From Klebsiella phage HMGUkp2: a stretch of DNA of 64,000 nucleotides. The DNA is taken from sequence record PV683292.1; one strand, 5' to 3'. The notes below the pieces were generated by a model, which had not been told where the DNA came from, did no database searches, and worked only from the letters and a program-made list of their open reading frames with translations. Both the position numbers and the translations under genes were made by a program. Positions 52,385-61,179 of this stretch are shown here, piece after piece (the stretch's first letter is position 1; each line of letters opens with the position of its first letter).

Positions 52385-55300
52385 TAATCACCTACCCATT
52401 CAAACTTAACGGTCTGAGAAGTACGATCAGGATAAATCTTGACAGGGCCAATCTTAATCCATTCTTGAACTTCCAAGGTTTTAACAGAAGTACTTACTGA
52501 ACTCGGAGCACCGATATCTGCAGCCGTAGGAGGAGTGGCACTAGTAAATACGCGCATCCATTCATCAAACTTGCCTTTAAGTGGATTATAAACCCTAGTC
52601 CACATTGTGTGGGCATAGTTTTTCTCTGAATTTTCACCAGCTTTAGGGTAAGGAGTCCAAGTCTGATAGGTGTATCCAGAAGAAACGCTAAATTGGGCAA
52701 GTAAACCGCCACCTGCAGTTTTTTCTTCATAGCCGGTTACAATCATAGAACCAGGAATTAAAGGATTTTCTTCTCTGACAGGCACCATATAACCACGAAG
52801 CGAAGCTAGCTTAGAAGCATTTTTAATTTCTACTGTCCAAGAACCCGGCTGCATGTATTTTTCGGTATCAGCAGAGGTATCATTTTTATACCAATTTTCA
52901 GAACCGTTAACAACAACAGATGCGTTGTTTATTGTTAACGAACCTGTCATGGTATCGCCACCTTTTTTAACATACCTGGTATCTAAAATGGTGTCCTTAT
53001 TTTTAGTGGTTAAAATAACATAATTTCCGGAGTTGTCGGTAACTTGTGTTTGGCTAGCATCGTTTGTTAAGATTCTTCCTTTCTTAGCAAGATTACCAAA
53101 AGATGCTACACTATCAGAATCCTGGAGTTGGATTACTGAAGCATTTTTAACACGGTATACGGTGTTTGAGTTAACATCTGAAGCAGAATGAATTGTCCCG
53201 TTAGAGGTTATTTTATCAGGTGCAACAAACTCACCATTATTACCAAAAGAAAATTCTTTACCTGTATCAGGGGCTGAACCTTTAACACGTAGCGTAAGCT
53301 GCTGAGAATTTCCTGCAGCTACCGGTCTAGCGTAAATTATTCCACGTTCATTTCCATCTGAGTTTAAAAATCTGACGTGAGAATTGGATGTAGACGAAGT
53401 AGCAAATACCTTAACCTCACCACCGGTAAAATTACCAAGGCCCTTAACATTGACGTCTGAATTAAAGTCTGTAGATTTGGTAAGAGTCAATTTACCATTA
53501 ACGGTTTGATCTATGTCACGTCTAATAAATTGGTCTGAAGTAAGGCCATTTAATAAACCAGAGTTATCAGCTTTAGCATTCAAAGGAAGATAGTTAGCTA
53601 ATGCCTGTTTAAGCCCATTAGGTGAAACCGCATATCCGTTAGATTCTTTTGGTGTATTATCAGAACCTGTAGTACTGTTACCGGTCCAAGCAACAGCGCC
53701 ATTAGCCACACGGACTGTACCGCGAACGTTATCTTGTGCACGCCAATCGGCTGAAGTCTGAATAACATACTTCAAGTGGATCGGAGAAACGGCTACATCG
53801 TTAGCAGTGCCGGCGTTAGTATCGGCTTGGGTTGCATATTTAACAATACCATATGCGGATTCAGTACCTTTTTTAGCTTGAAGCTTTTTAGAGGTCAGAT
53901 AGTCAACATCGTCTGTACCAGCATTAACAAGTGCCTGTGTTGCAATCTTAGGAGTACCACGCTGCGTTTCTGTTGGAACCTGGATATTAAGGGCCCATCC
54001 GTCCCACAAGTTTCCGGATTGGGCCAGCCCAGCTTCAGGTCTTGTCGTCATACGAGCAGCGCGAGAAAAATAATCTTTAATTTTTTTAGGGTTCACTGCA
54101 ACGTTTTCTAAAGACCCACCATCAAATTCTTCCTGAATAGCATAACGGGTAATACCAGTTTGGGTATAACTTGCCGTCCGTCCGTTTAATGTTGCTGGAG
54201 TAATAGCTGCATCACCTAAAGCATTAGACATTGCATTGGCTTCAGGTTGAGTAGCGATACGGATTAAACCAATATCTTTTGTAGTAGAAGTTTTAGCATG
54301 TAATGTTGCCGGCGTAACAACAGTCGGAATATTATTAGACGCTGGAGTACCATTACGAACTTCTGCTTCGGTAGCAAGCCACACGCATCCGGAGGCAAGT
54401 TCCGTAGCTTTATATTCGCGTAAAGTTTTAGGAGTTACCGCCTTAGAGAAATCAGTGTGGTCGTATACGCCAGTACCATTAGAAGTACCAGGGTCTGATC
54501 GGCTTGTTCCCGGTGTGCCGCCTGTATTAACCAGCTGGATAATTCCGTCTAGCGTAGCAGTAGCTTTACGCCCGTTTAATTTTTTAGGAGTAACGATCCT
54601 GTCATCTACCGTAGAACCGTTTGTTTCATCTTGAGTAGCAATTTCAGCAACGCCACGCATAGTTTCTGTAGCTAAACGATCATTCAATTTTTTAGCCGTA
54701 ATAATGCGGGTATCATCTGTTGTTGAATTAGCTTCAGCTTGAGTAGCAATTTCAGCAATACCGGTACGAGACTCTGTAGCAGTACGCTGGGCTAAAGTTA
54801 ACGGAGTAATAGCTCTGTCATCATTGTGCCCACTGGTTGCTTGAGCCTGTGCGGTAGTTGCTAACGCAATAACACCTACACGAGCTTTAGTCGTATCGTT
54901 GGTAGAATCAACCCTCTCTACGGTAGGGATATTTTCCGAAACGATCCAGTAGTTATTAGGAGTAGCTTCAACATAGGCCAACTCTAGGACCGGAGGATAG
55001 TCCGAAGTTCCATTGAATGATAAACTATCAACTTGGGTCCAAGCGGCCTCAGGCGGATACTCAGAGCGTTTAGGGAACTGAAGTAGGCCAACTGTGGATG
55101 CAATCCTATCTTTAGTACCGCCAGCCGGAGCAGGAGGAGTAATAATGTTGACTGTTTGTCCTTTGCGCATATAGTTCATGCCAATTCTAACGGTATCACC
55201 AGGAGCAACTTGAGTAGGCAAAGTAACAGTAATAGTTTTAACAGTCGAGTTATTAGCACCAAATATAGCAATAGCTTCGTTAGGTTGCATCACTACATCA

Positions 55301-56262
55301 TCAGTAACGATTTTTACACGTTGCTGCATGTCTATAGAGTTGATGCGCCACACCTTACGAGGGCCATCATAAATCAGAACACCGCCACCTTTAATCTTAG
55401 AGGTCCAAGACGTGGCCCCTTCTGTTCCAATAGAACTATTTGCATCATAAGTCTTAATAGTAAAATGGTATAATGGTGTTTCGCCTTCCGGTTCAGAAAA
55501 GGTAATCATATCTCCATGGTTAGCATACCGCGGAAGACGAACCGTTAATTTTTTATTAGAAGTGTAATAAAGTACAATGTACTCTGAACTTTGTACCTGA
55601 GCACCCACATTAGTAGCAGCATCTAGTGTGGTAGAATCAATAGTACGGGCCAAAGAACTCAGATCAGAAAGTGTTACATACCAACCTGCGGATGTAAACG
55701 TCAGCAGCAACATGCTATAAGGACGAGTCAGCATCAGTTCACGAAGAATGCTGCCCTGGAAAATCATAGCAGGCGCAGAGTCCTGTACTTTAATTAATGC
55801 CTGGTTGATACCGGGTTTACCACCGATGTCACGAATAACAATCGTATCACCTTGTTCTACTTTATTTTTAGGAAGAACTAGTGTAACCGGATTAACTCGG
55901 GTATCGATGTTTGCATAGGTCCCTGGTAAAAGTTCTGTGGTTCCTGAACTATACTGTTCCCACTTCGGGTCTACACGCATGGAGATCCAATCACCTTGTC
56001 TAAAGGTATTTACTGCTGGTGGGATCGGGGCTGGGATATCTGTACGTGCCACCCAGATACGTTTTTCCATAGTAACCGCAAAGCCTTCAGGATACCCGCG
56101 GTCGTTAGCCCAAGGCTGGATGGTGTTTTCTTGGATAAGATACTCAACGTTGACCCCATCGCTCATTACAGTACGATCGGCTTTAGCGACGTTGATTACT
56201 TTGTTTCCACCAGCATCAAGCCCGTTGGTTGCTCTAAAATGCTGTTTGATTAAGTCGCTCAT
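52384..56262 (-). CDS. 34: long tail fibre proximal subunit gp34, 1292 aa
   Basis: Size (T4 gp34 is 1289 aa). N-terminus MSDLIKQHFRATNGLDAGGNKVINVA is T4-like. About 6 tandem ATQxEAN..DD.AITP..L fibre repeats. Confidence 0.9.
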   Translation of the reverse strand: MSDLIKQHFRATNGLDAGGNKVINVAKADRTVMSDGVNVEYLIQENTIQPWANDRGYPEGFAVTMEKRIWVARTDIPAPIPPAVNTFRQGDWISMRVDPKWEQYSSGTTELLPGTYANIDTRVNPVTLVLPKNKVEQGDTIVIRDIGGKPGINQALIKVQDSAPAMIFQGSILRELMLTRPYSMLLLTFTSAGWYVTLSDLSSLARTIDSTTLDAATNVGAQVQSSEYIVLYYTSNKKLTVRLPRYANHGDMITFSEPEGETPLYHFTIKTYDANSSIGTEGATSWTSKIKGGGVLIYDGPRKVWRINSIDMQQRVKIVTDDVVMQPNEAIAIFGANNSTVKTITVTLPTQVAPGDTVRIGMNYMRKGQTVNIITPPAPAGGTKDRIASTVGLLQFPKRSEYPPEAAWTQVDSLSFNGTSDYPPVLELAYVEATPNNYWIVSENIPTVERVDSTNDTTKARVGVIALATTAQAQATSGHNDDRAITPLTLAQRTATESRTGIAEIATQAEANSTTDDTRIITAKKLNDRLATETMRGVAEIATQDETNGSTVDDRIVTPKKLNGRKATATLDGIIQLVNTGGTPGTSRSDPGTSNGTGVYDHTDFSKAVTPKTLREYKATELASGCVWLATEAEVRNGTPASNNIPTVVTPATLHAKTSTTKDIGLIRIATQPEANAMSNALGDAAITPATLNGRTASYTQTGITRYAIQEEFDGGSLENVAVNPKKIKDYFSRAARMTTRPEAGLAQSGNLWDGWALNIQVPTETQRGTPKIATQALVNAGTDDVDYLTSKKLQAKKGTESAYGIVKYATQADTNAGTANDVAVSPIHLKYVIQTSADWRAQDNVRGTVRVANGAVAWTGNSTTGSDNTPKESNGYAVSPNGLKQALANYLPLNAKADNSGLLNGLTSDQFIRRDIDQTVNGKLTLTKSTDFNSDVNVKGLGNFTGGEVKVFATSSTSNSHVRFLNSDGNERGIIYARPVAAGNSQQLTLRVKGSAPDTGKEFSFGNNGEFVAPDKITSNGTIHSASDVNSNTVYRVKNASVIQLQDSDSVASFGNLAKKGRILTNDASQTQVTDNSGNYVILTTKNKDTILDTRYVKKGGDTMTGSLTINNASVVVNGSENWYKNDTSADTEKYMQPGSWTVEIKNASKLASLRGYMVPVREENPLIPGSMIVTGYEEKTAGGGLLAQFSVSSGYTYQTWTPYPKAGENSEKNYAHTMWTRVYNPLKGKFDEWMRVFTSATPPTAADIGAPSSVSTSVKTLEVQEWIKIGPVKIYPDRTSQTVKFEWVGD

Positions 56263-56305
56263 TTTTATTCCTTATGGTATTAGAAATATGCTTTATTATA
56301 GGAGT

Positions 56306-56313
56306 ATTTATAA
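56306..56313 (-). promoter_or_regulatory. late promoter TATAAATA (minus strand) for gene 34
   Basis: Exact consensus 44 nt upstream of the gp34 ATG, in the divergent 34/rnh intergenic region. Confidence 0.55.
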
Positions 56314-56347
56314 TGATTCTGTCCATTACTACTGAATAGGTTATTCA

Positions 56348-57289
56348 ATGTCTCTAAATTTTATGTTCGGTGAAGAAGAAAAGAAAGAAGGCGTAACTCT
56401 TATTGACTTCAGTCAAATTATTATGGCGGCAGCCTTCACCGAGTTCGGTGAAAAAGCAGGGTTTCCTAAAATTTCTGAAGCTATGCTGCGTCATCTCGTA
56501 TTGAACAGTATGCGTAAGAACATCAAGCAGTTTAAAAAAGAAGGGTACACCCGCCAGATTATCTGTGTAGATAATTCTAAATCAGGCTACTGGCGTCGTG
56601 ACGCTAGTCACTATTATAAGAAAAACCGTTCTAAAGACCGTGAAGAATCTCCATTCGATTGGGAAGGTTTATTCACGTCGATGCATAAAATCATCGAAGA
56701 ACTTGAGAACTATATGCCTTATATTGTTATGAATATTGATAAGGTGGAAGCTGACGACCATATCGCTGTATTAACAAAGTTTTTAGCCACCCAAGGTATT
56801 CCGGTCCAAATCGTTTCATCTGATAGTGACTTTACCCAACTTCACAAATACCCAAATGTGAAGCAGTGGTCTCCGATGCAGAAAAAATACGTTAAAACTA
56901 AATCCGGTGATGCATTACTTGACTGCGTAACTAAAGTAGTTAAAGGTGACCGTAAAGATAACGTTGCTTCTATTAAAGTTCGCGGTAACTACTGGCTTAC
57001 TATGGTTGAAGGTGAACGTACTCCTCCAACTAAAGCATCTGAAATTGAACAGATCGCAATGAATTATTATGACCCAGTTAAATTACAAGAACTTCTTACT
57101 GCCGAGCAGTACGAACGTTTTAAAGAAAACCAGGTCTTAATCGATATGGATTTCATTCGTGATGATATTGTTGCTTCAATCATGGAACGGTATAATAACT
57201 ACGTAATCCCGGCTAAAGGTAAGATCTATACTTACTTTGTTAAGAATGGCCTGTCTAAGTTAACCAATAACATTGCTGAATTTTATTAA
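56348..57289 (+). CDS. rnh: RNase H / 5-prime to 3-prime exonuclease (FEN-1 family), 313 aa
   Basis: LIDFSQI, CIDNAKSGYWRRD, ADDHIAVL, SSDGDFTQLHKYPNVKQWSPM and the remainder are collinear with T4 RNase H (305 aa). Confidence 0.9.
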   Translation: MSLNFMFGEEEKKEGVTLIDFSQIIMAAAFTEFGEKAGFPKISEAMLRHLVLNSMRKNIKQFKKEGYTRQIICVDNSKSGYWRRDASHYYKKNRSKDREESPFDWEGLFTSMHKIIEELENYMPYIVMNIDKVEADDHIAVLTKFLATQGIPVQIVSSDSDFTQLHKYPNVKQWSPMQKKYVKTKSGDALLDCVTKVVKGDRKDNVASIKVRGNYWLTMVEGERTPPTKASEIEQIAMNYYDPVKLQELLTAEQYERFKENQVLIDMDFIRDDIVASIMERYNNYVIPAKGKIYTYFVKNGLSKLTNNIAEFY

Positions 57290-57299
57290 GGTGAATATA

Positions 57300-57569
57300 A
57301 TGGCTAAACAGAAAAAAGAAAAAGTTGAATTTGATGAAGCCCAACACGGCGAAACTTTAAAAAACCTAATTAAAGCCGCCAGCGATGCTAAACTAAAGGC
57401 TGAAGGTTATATGGACGAAGTTGCAAGCAATCGGGCTGAAGCAAAAGCTATTGGTGTCGAGGCAAAATTGTTTAACCAGCTTCTGACCATATATCATAAA
57501 GGCACCCGTGAACGATTTGCAACAGAAAAAGATGAAGTGGTAGAAACCTATGACAGGCTCTTTGATTAA
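57300..57569 (+). CDS. dsbA: double-stranded DNA-binding protein DsbA, 89 aa
   Basis: Exact T4 length (89 aa). Lys-rich N-terminus. Position between rnh and 33. Confidence 0.6.
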   Translation: MAKQKKEKVEFDEAQHGETLKNLIKAASDAKLKAEGYMDEVASNRAEAKAIGVEAKLFNQLLTIYHKGTRERFATEKDEVVETYDRLFD

Positions 57570-57840
57570 TAACGATGAAAAGATCGATGATCTGAGTTCA
57601 CTTCTTGACAAGCAAGCAAATGGCTTCGCTATTGAAGCCATAGTTGCCGAAGGTGAACTAGGTTATCTCCAGGCTACTTCACAGTGGTTAGAAGAAAACA
57701 GTATTCCTGAAGGAAATTTCAACAGATTTATCCCTTCTACAATAATTGAAAAAATTAAGGCTGAAGCAGTTAACGAATATATGCTTCGACCGTCTATGAG
57801 TAAAACACAGAAAACAAATACGCTGGATTTCTTATTATGA
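57550..57840 (+). CDS. 33: late transcription co-activator gp33, 96 aa
   Basis: C-terminus ...KTNTLDFLL is identical to the T4 gp33 C-terminus (the sliding-clamp-binding tail). Internal EENSIPE matches T4. Confidence 0.8.
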   Translation: MTGSLINNDEKIDDLSSLLDKQANGFAIEAIVAEGELGYLQATSQWLEENSIPEGNFNRFIPSTIIEKIKAEAVNEYMLRPSMSKTQKTNTLDFLL

Positions 57841-58490
57841 TTCGTCTCCGCATGCCTCCAAATAACGCTCGTTATGTTAACGGTAAAAGTGTTTATTTAT
57901 TGTACTTAATGCTTAAAAATCACTTCGCTGGACGATATGATGTTATCAAGTACAACTGGGTTATGCGGGTGTCTGATAAAGCTTATCAAAAACGTCGTGA
58001 CAAATATTTCTTTGAAAAGCTCGCAGAGAAACACACGCTTAAAGAGCTTACATTAATTTTCATGAGTAACTTGGTTGCTAACCAAGATGCCTGGATCGGC
58101 GACATCAGTGATGCTGACGCCCTCGTCTTTTACCGTGAGTATATCGGTAAACTTAAGATGATTAAAAATACGTTCGAAGATGATGTAAAGAACATTTACT
58201 ATTTCGCTAAGAAAGTTGAAGTTAACGCGCTTTCTGAAATCTTTGAGTATAATGAAAAGGTACAAACGAGCTATATCTTTAAGCTCCTTCAGTCGAATGT
58301 TATTTCATTCGAGACTTTTATTATGCTTGATTCGTTTCTCAACATCATTGATAAGCATGACTCGGCGACTAATAACTTAGTTTGGGAAACATATTCTACT
58401 AAGCTCAAAGCTTATAGAAAATTGCTTGAAGTCGATGGTAAAGATGCTAAAAAGCTCTTTATTGATGCTATAAATAAATGTAAGATATAA
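57837..58490 (+). CDS. 59: helicase loader gp59, 217 aa
   Basis: Exact T4 length. Position between 33 and 32. Confidence 0.8.
   Translation: MIRLRMPPNNARYVNGKSVYLLYLMLKNHFAGRYDVIKYNWVMRVSDKAYQKRRDKYFFEKLAEKHTLKELTLIFMSNLVANQDAWIGDISDADALVFYREYIGKLKMIKNTFEDDVKNIYYFAKKVEVNALSEIFEYNEKVQTSYIFKLLQSNVISFETFIMLDSFLNIIDKHDSATNNLVWETYSTKLKAYRKLLEVDGKDAKKLFIDAINKCKI
58469..58476 (+). promoter_or_regulatory. late promoter TATAAATA upstream of gene 32 (inside the 59 3-prime end)
   Basis: Exact consensus. T4 gene 32 also has a late promoter. Confidence 0.45.
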
Positions 58491-58498
58491 TAAGTCTT

Positions 58499-58568
58499 GT
58501 CCAGGTGCAAGGACCCACGTTGCATCACCAATAGTAAATAACTGTTAAATTAAATAAAAGGTATATTA
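58499..58568 (+). promoter_or_regulatory. gene 32 autoregulatory translational operator: H-type pseudoknot plus unstructured AU-rich tract
   Basis: gtcc(58499-502)/ggac(58511-514) and tgcaa(58506-510)/ttgca(58520-524) form an H-type pseudoknot. It is followed by gttaaattaaataaaaggtatattaaATG, which resembles the T4 gp32 operator. Confidence 0.5.
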
Positions 58569-58569
58569 A

Positions 58570-59466
58570 ATGTTCAAACGTAAAAATCCTGCAGAACTTC
58601 AAGCTCAACTGGCCTCTCTGAAAGGTGGTTCTTCTTTCTCTTCCGATGATAAAGGTGAATGGAAACTGAAGACCGATAATACCGGTAACGGCTCTGCAGT
58701 AATTCGCTTCCTTCCTGGTAAAGGTGATGAAGGTCTTCCGTTCGTCAAACTGATTAACCACGGGTTCAAGAAAAATGGTAAATGGTACATCGAAAACTGT
58801 ACTTCTACCTACGGTGATTATGATTCTTGCCCAGTCTGTCAACACCTAAGCTCTAACGATTCGTATAACACCAACCCAGAAGAATATAAACTGCTTAAAC
58901 GCAAATCTTCTTATTGGGCTAATATTCTGGTTCTGAAAGATCCAGCTGCTCCAGAAAACGAAGGTAAGGTATTCAAATACCGTTTCGGTCAGAAAATCAT
59001 GGACAAAATTAACGCTGAGATCGAAGTTGATACTGATCTTGGTGAAGTTCCGGTTGATGTGACCTGCCCATTTGAAGGTAAGAACTTCAGCCTGAAAGTT
59101 AAGAAAGTTGGTGGTTTCACTAACTACGACGACTGTAAGTTTGGCGCTCAGTCTGAAATTCCTAACATCAATGATGAAGCCTACCAGAAAGAGCTTGATG
59201 CAGGTATGGTTCAGCTGAATGACATCGTGGCCAAAGACAAATTTAAGTCTTACGATGTAAACCATGCTAAATTCGTACAAATCATGGGTACTTCTCTGGT
59301 TGCCGGTAAAGCAGCAGCACAAGCTGATAAGCTCAGTGATGATCTTGATGCTTTTGATGCCGATATGGCGGCCTTTGATTCTAAACCTAAACAACAATCT
59401 GCTCCACTGAACACTTCGTCTTCTGATGACGATGGCGATCTGGACGATCTGTTAGCTGGTCTGTAA
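58570..59466 (+). CDS. 32: single-stranded DNA-binding protein gp32, 298 aa
   Basis: Size (T4 gp32 is 301 aa). Zinc-binding region ([17 protein letters not shown]) and an acidic C-terminal tail ([16 protein letters not shown]). Confidence 0.9.
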   Translation: MFKRKNPAELQAQLASLKGGSSFSSDDKGEWKLKTDNTGNGSAVIRFLPGKGDEGLPFVKLINHGFKKNGKWYIENCTSTYGDYDSCPVCQHLSSNDSYNTNPEEYKLLKRKSSYWANILVLKDPAAPENEGKVFKYRFGQKIMDKINAEIEVDTDLGEVPVDVTCPFEGKNFSLKVKKVGGFTNYDDCKFGAQSEIPNINDEAYQKELDAGMVQLNDIVAKDKFKSYDVNHAKFVQIMGTSLVAGKAAAQADKLSDDLDAFDADMAAFDSKPKQQSAPLNTSSSDDDGDLDDLLAGL

Positions 59467-59474
59467 TACTTATC

Positions 59475-59498
59475 GGGAGACTTCGGTCTCCCTTTTTT
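59475..59498 (+). terminator. rho-independent terminator (gggagac-ttcg-gtctccc-TTTTTT)
   Basis: 7-bp stem, tetraloop and a 6-T run immediately after gene 32. Confidence 0.65.
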
Positions 59499-59536
59499 GC
59501 ATCCCGGGCCTATGAAAAGTAAAAGTTACATTAAGG

Positions 59537-59575
59537 GTTTACATTGGTTTTAATGTGTAGTATAGTACTCACACA
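59537..59575 (+). promoter_or_regulatory. PeSL-like early promoter (GTTTACA-N17-TATAGT)
   Basis: Core promoter as in the other cassettes. The dyad is weak (gtgtag/ctcacac). Confidence 0.45.
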
Positions 59576-59596
59576 CAAACAAACTGGGAGCTAAAC

Positions 59597-59830
59597 ATGG
59601 CTAAAGTAACTATTGACGTATTAGATGTTGAATATCTGAAAGAGATAGTAGAATCATTCAACGTAGTTATCGACAACATTGCTATCGACAAAATTACTAA
59701 TCAGCCTGGATGTTTGGAAGTCACAATTTCAGGATCAGCTGCCGATGTCGCCAACTTCATAGAAAATGAGTACTGTATGGGTATGGGTAAGGAAGATACA
59801 CTGTACTATTTGAGCACTATCGAAAATTAA
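59597..59830 (+). CDS. hypothetical protein (77 aa)
   Basis: SD gggag lies upstream. Confidence 0.35.
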   Translation: MAKVTIDVLDVEYLKEIVESFNVVIDNIAIDKITNQPGCLEVTISGSAADVANFIENEYCMGMGKEDTLYYLSTIEN

Positions 59831-59831
59831 T

Positions 59832-59876
59832 GTTTACAGTGGTGTGGGTTCATGTTACTATGTTCCTACACCAACA
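59832..59876 (+). promoter_or_regulatory. PeSL-like early promoter (GTTTACA-N17-TACTAT) with TTCCTACACCAAC leader
   Basis: Leader box is identical to those at 38538 and 42047. Confidence 0.5.
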
Positions 59877-59887
59877 AGGAGAATAAA

Positions 59888-60166
59888 ATGAAACTTCAAC
59901 GTGAAAGCATTAAATTAGGTTCTGAATATCGTGGAAAATGGCAGTTCTGCATCTACGACAACAATCCTGAAGAATTAGAACGCGTTGAAGAAGCTCTGTG
60001 TGAAATGGATACCGGGTTCACTATGGGTGGTGAATCTCGTACTTGGAACGACTACTGTGACGGGTGCCCAAGCTACGAAGATGGGTTCGGTTCTGGTTTC
60101 TGGATCGATATCGACGATGTTCCTGCTTTCAAAGCAGCATTCAAACTTGCTAAGGCTAAGAAATGA
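59888..60166 (+). CDS. hypothetical protein (92 aa)
   Basis: ATG after SD aaggagaataaa. Confidence 0.4.
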   Translation: MKLQRESIKLGSEYRGKWQFCIYDNNPEELERVEEALCEMDTGFTMGGESRTWNDYCDGCPSYEDGFGSGFWIDIDDVPAFKAAFKLAKAKK

Positions 60167-60258
60167 AGATTTTAACCGACTGGGAGTGTAAGTATTGCGG
60201 TGGCGGTCTATGGCAATTAGGCGGCCGTTGTTTTAAATGTGGAATGAGGCAAGGCTAA
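60163..60258 (+). CDS. 31-aa zinc-ribbon peptide (CxxC...CxxC)
   Basis: MKILTDWECKYCGGGLWQLGGRCFKCGMRQG. ATGA overlap upstream and TAATG overlap with frd. Confidence 0.3.
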   Translation: MKILTDWECKYCGGGLWQLGGRCFKCGMRQG

Positions 60259-60863
60259 TGTTACAGGTCGTATTCGCTACGTGTGCAACTAAAACTGTCG
60301 AAGGTAATACTGAAATTGCTTTTGGGCTGAACGACGGGTTGCCTTGGGGCCATATTCGCCAGGATATGATTAACTTCCGGAATCGTACTAAAAATACTGT
60401 ACTGATTATGGGTGCCAAAACCTGGGAATCTCTAAATGCTCCTTTACCAGGACGTCGTTCTGTAGTAGTTATTAGCCCTGGTCGTGGTAAACCTAAAACT
60501 AAAAATGGTACTTCGCCTGATGAAATTATGTATCCGGATGAGTTCGCTTGCTTTTTAGAAGGCGATATTATTGTTACTTCTACGGCCACCTCAGATTATC
60601 CCTGGGACACTATAGTGGGCCGGAACACATACGATGTAAGTATTATTGGCGGTAAAGGTTTAATTGAGCAGGCGGTCCCTCATGCTGACCTGGTTGTACA
60701 TACTAGCATTATTAAGAAGCACCGTGTGAACTCAACTGTACAGATGACTCAAGAGTTCTTGAATACTCTTCCAATGACCCGTATGCTTAAAGAATCACAT
60801 TGGTACCAATGTGATGAGATGACTCAAATTACAGAATCTGTGTATGGTGAATTCCGTGGCTAA
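60258..60863 (+). CDS. frd: dihydrofolate reductase Frd, 201 aa
   Basis: FGLNDGLPWG...IMGAKTWESL...GRRSVVV...HRVNSTVQ are DHFR motifs aligned with T4 Frd. Confidence 0.85.
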   Translation: MLQVVFATCATKTVEGNTEIAFGLNDGLPWGHIRQDMINFRNRTKNTVLIMGAKTWESLNAPLPGRRSVVVISPGRGKPKTKNGTSPDEIMYPDEFACFLEGDIIVTSTATSDYPWDTIVGRNTYDVSIIGGKGLIEQAVPHADLVVHTSIIKKHRVNSTVQMTQEFLNTLPMTRMLKESHWYQCDEMTQITESVYGEFRG

Positions 60864-61179
60864 AATTTTTCTAGTTAAAGAAGATGTTATTCAGAAAAAG
60901 TGGCAACGCTTTAATATGAAGCATGGCATCTATAAACTTAAAGCTCCTCTAGAAGAGCTTTCTTCTGCATACGGAACAGAAACAACTGTCCGTCAAATCA
61001 AAGGGGCTCCGTCATTTACCCTAACTTACAAAATTGAGCAGTGGCTTAAAGCAGTCGAGCTTAAAAACATTGAAGTTAAAAACGGCGAAGCATCTATCTA
61101 CGGTAGATTTGTTAAACACGGCTCTAAGGTGTATTTTTCTCCTGAACACGAGAAATCATATGAAACTGACTTTACTTGA
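60844..61179 (+). CDS. hypothetical protein (111 aa), paralogue 1 of a tandem pair
   Basis: Shares ..KEDVIQKKW...HGIYKLK....IYGRFVKHGSKVYFSPE with the next ORF. Confidence 0.35.
   Translation: MVNSVAKIFLVKEDVIQKKWQRFNMKHGIYKLKAPLEELSSAYGTETTVRQIKGAPSFTLTYKIEQWLKAVELKNIEVKNGEASIYGRFVKHGSKVYFSPEHEKSYETDFT

Noticed and set aside
53776-56335. Plus-strand ORFs (111, 105, 132, 85 aa) inside gp34
   Set aside because: Antisense to the long tail-fibre gene. No support.
58846-59397. 183-aa minus-strand ORF inside gene 32
   Set aside because: Antisense to gp32. Spurious.
60233-60589. 118-aa minus-strand ORF inside frd
   Set aside because: Antisense to frd. Spurious.
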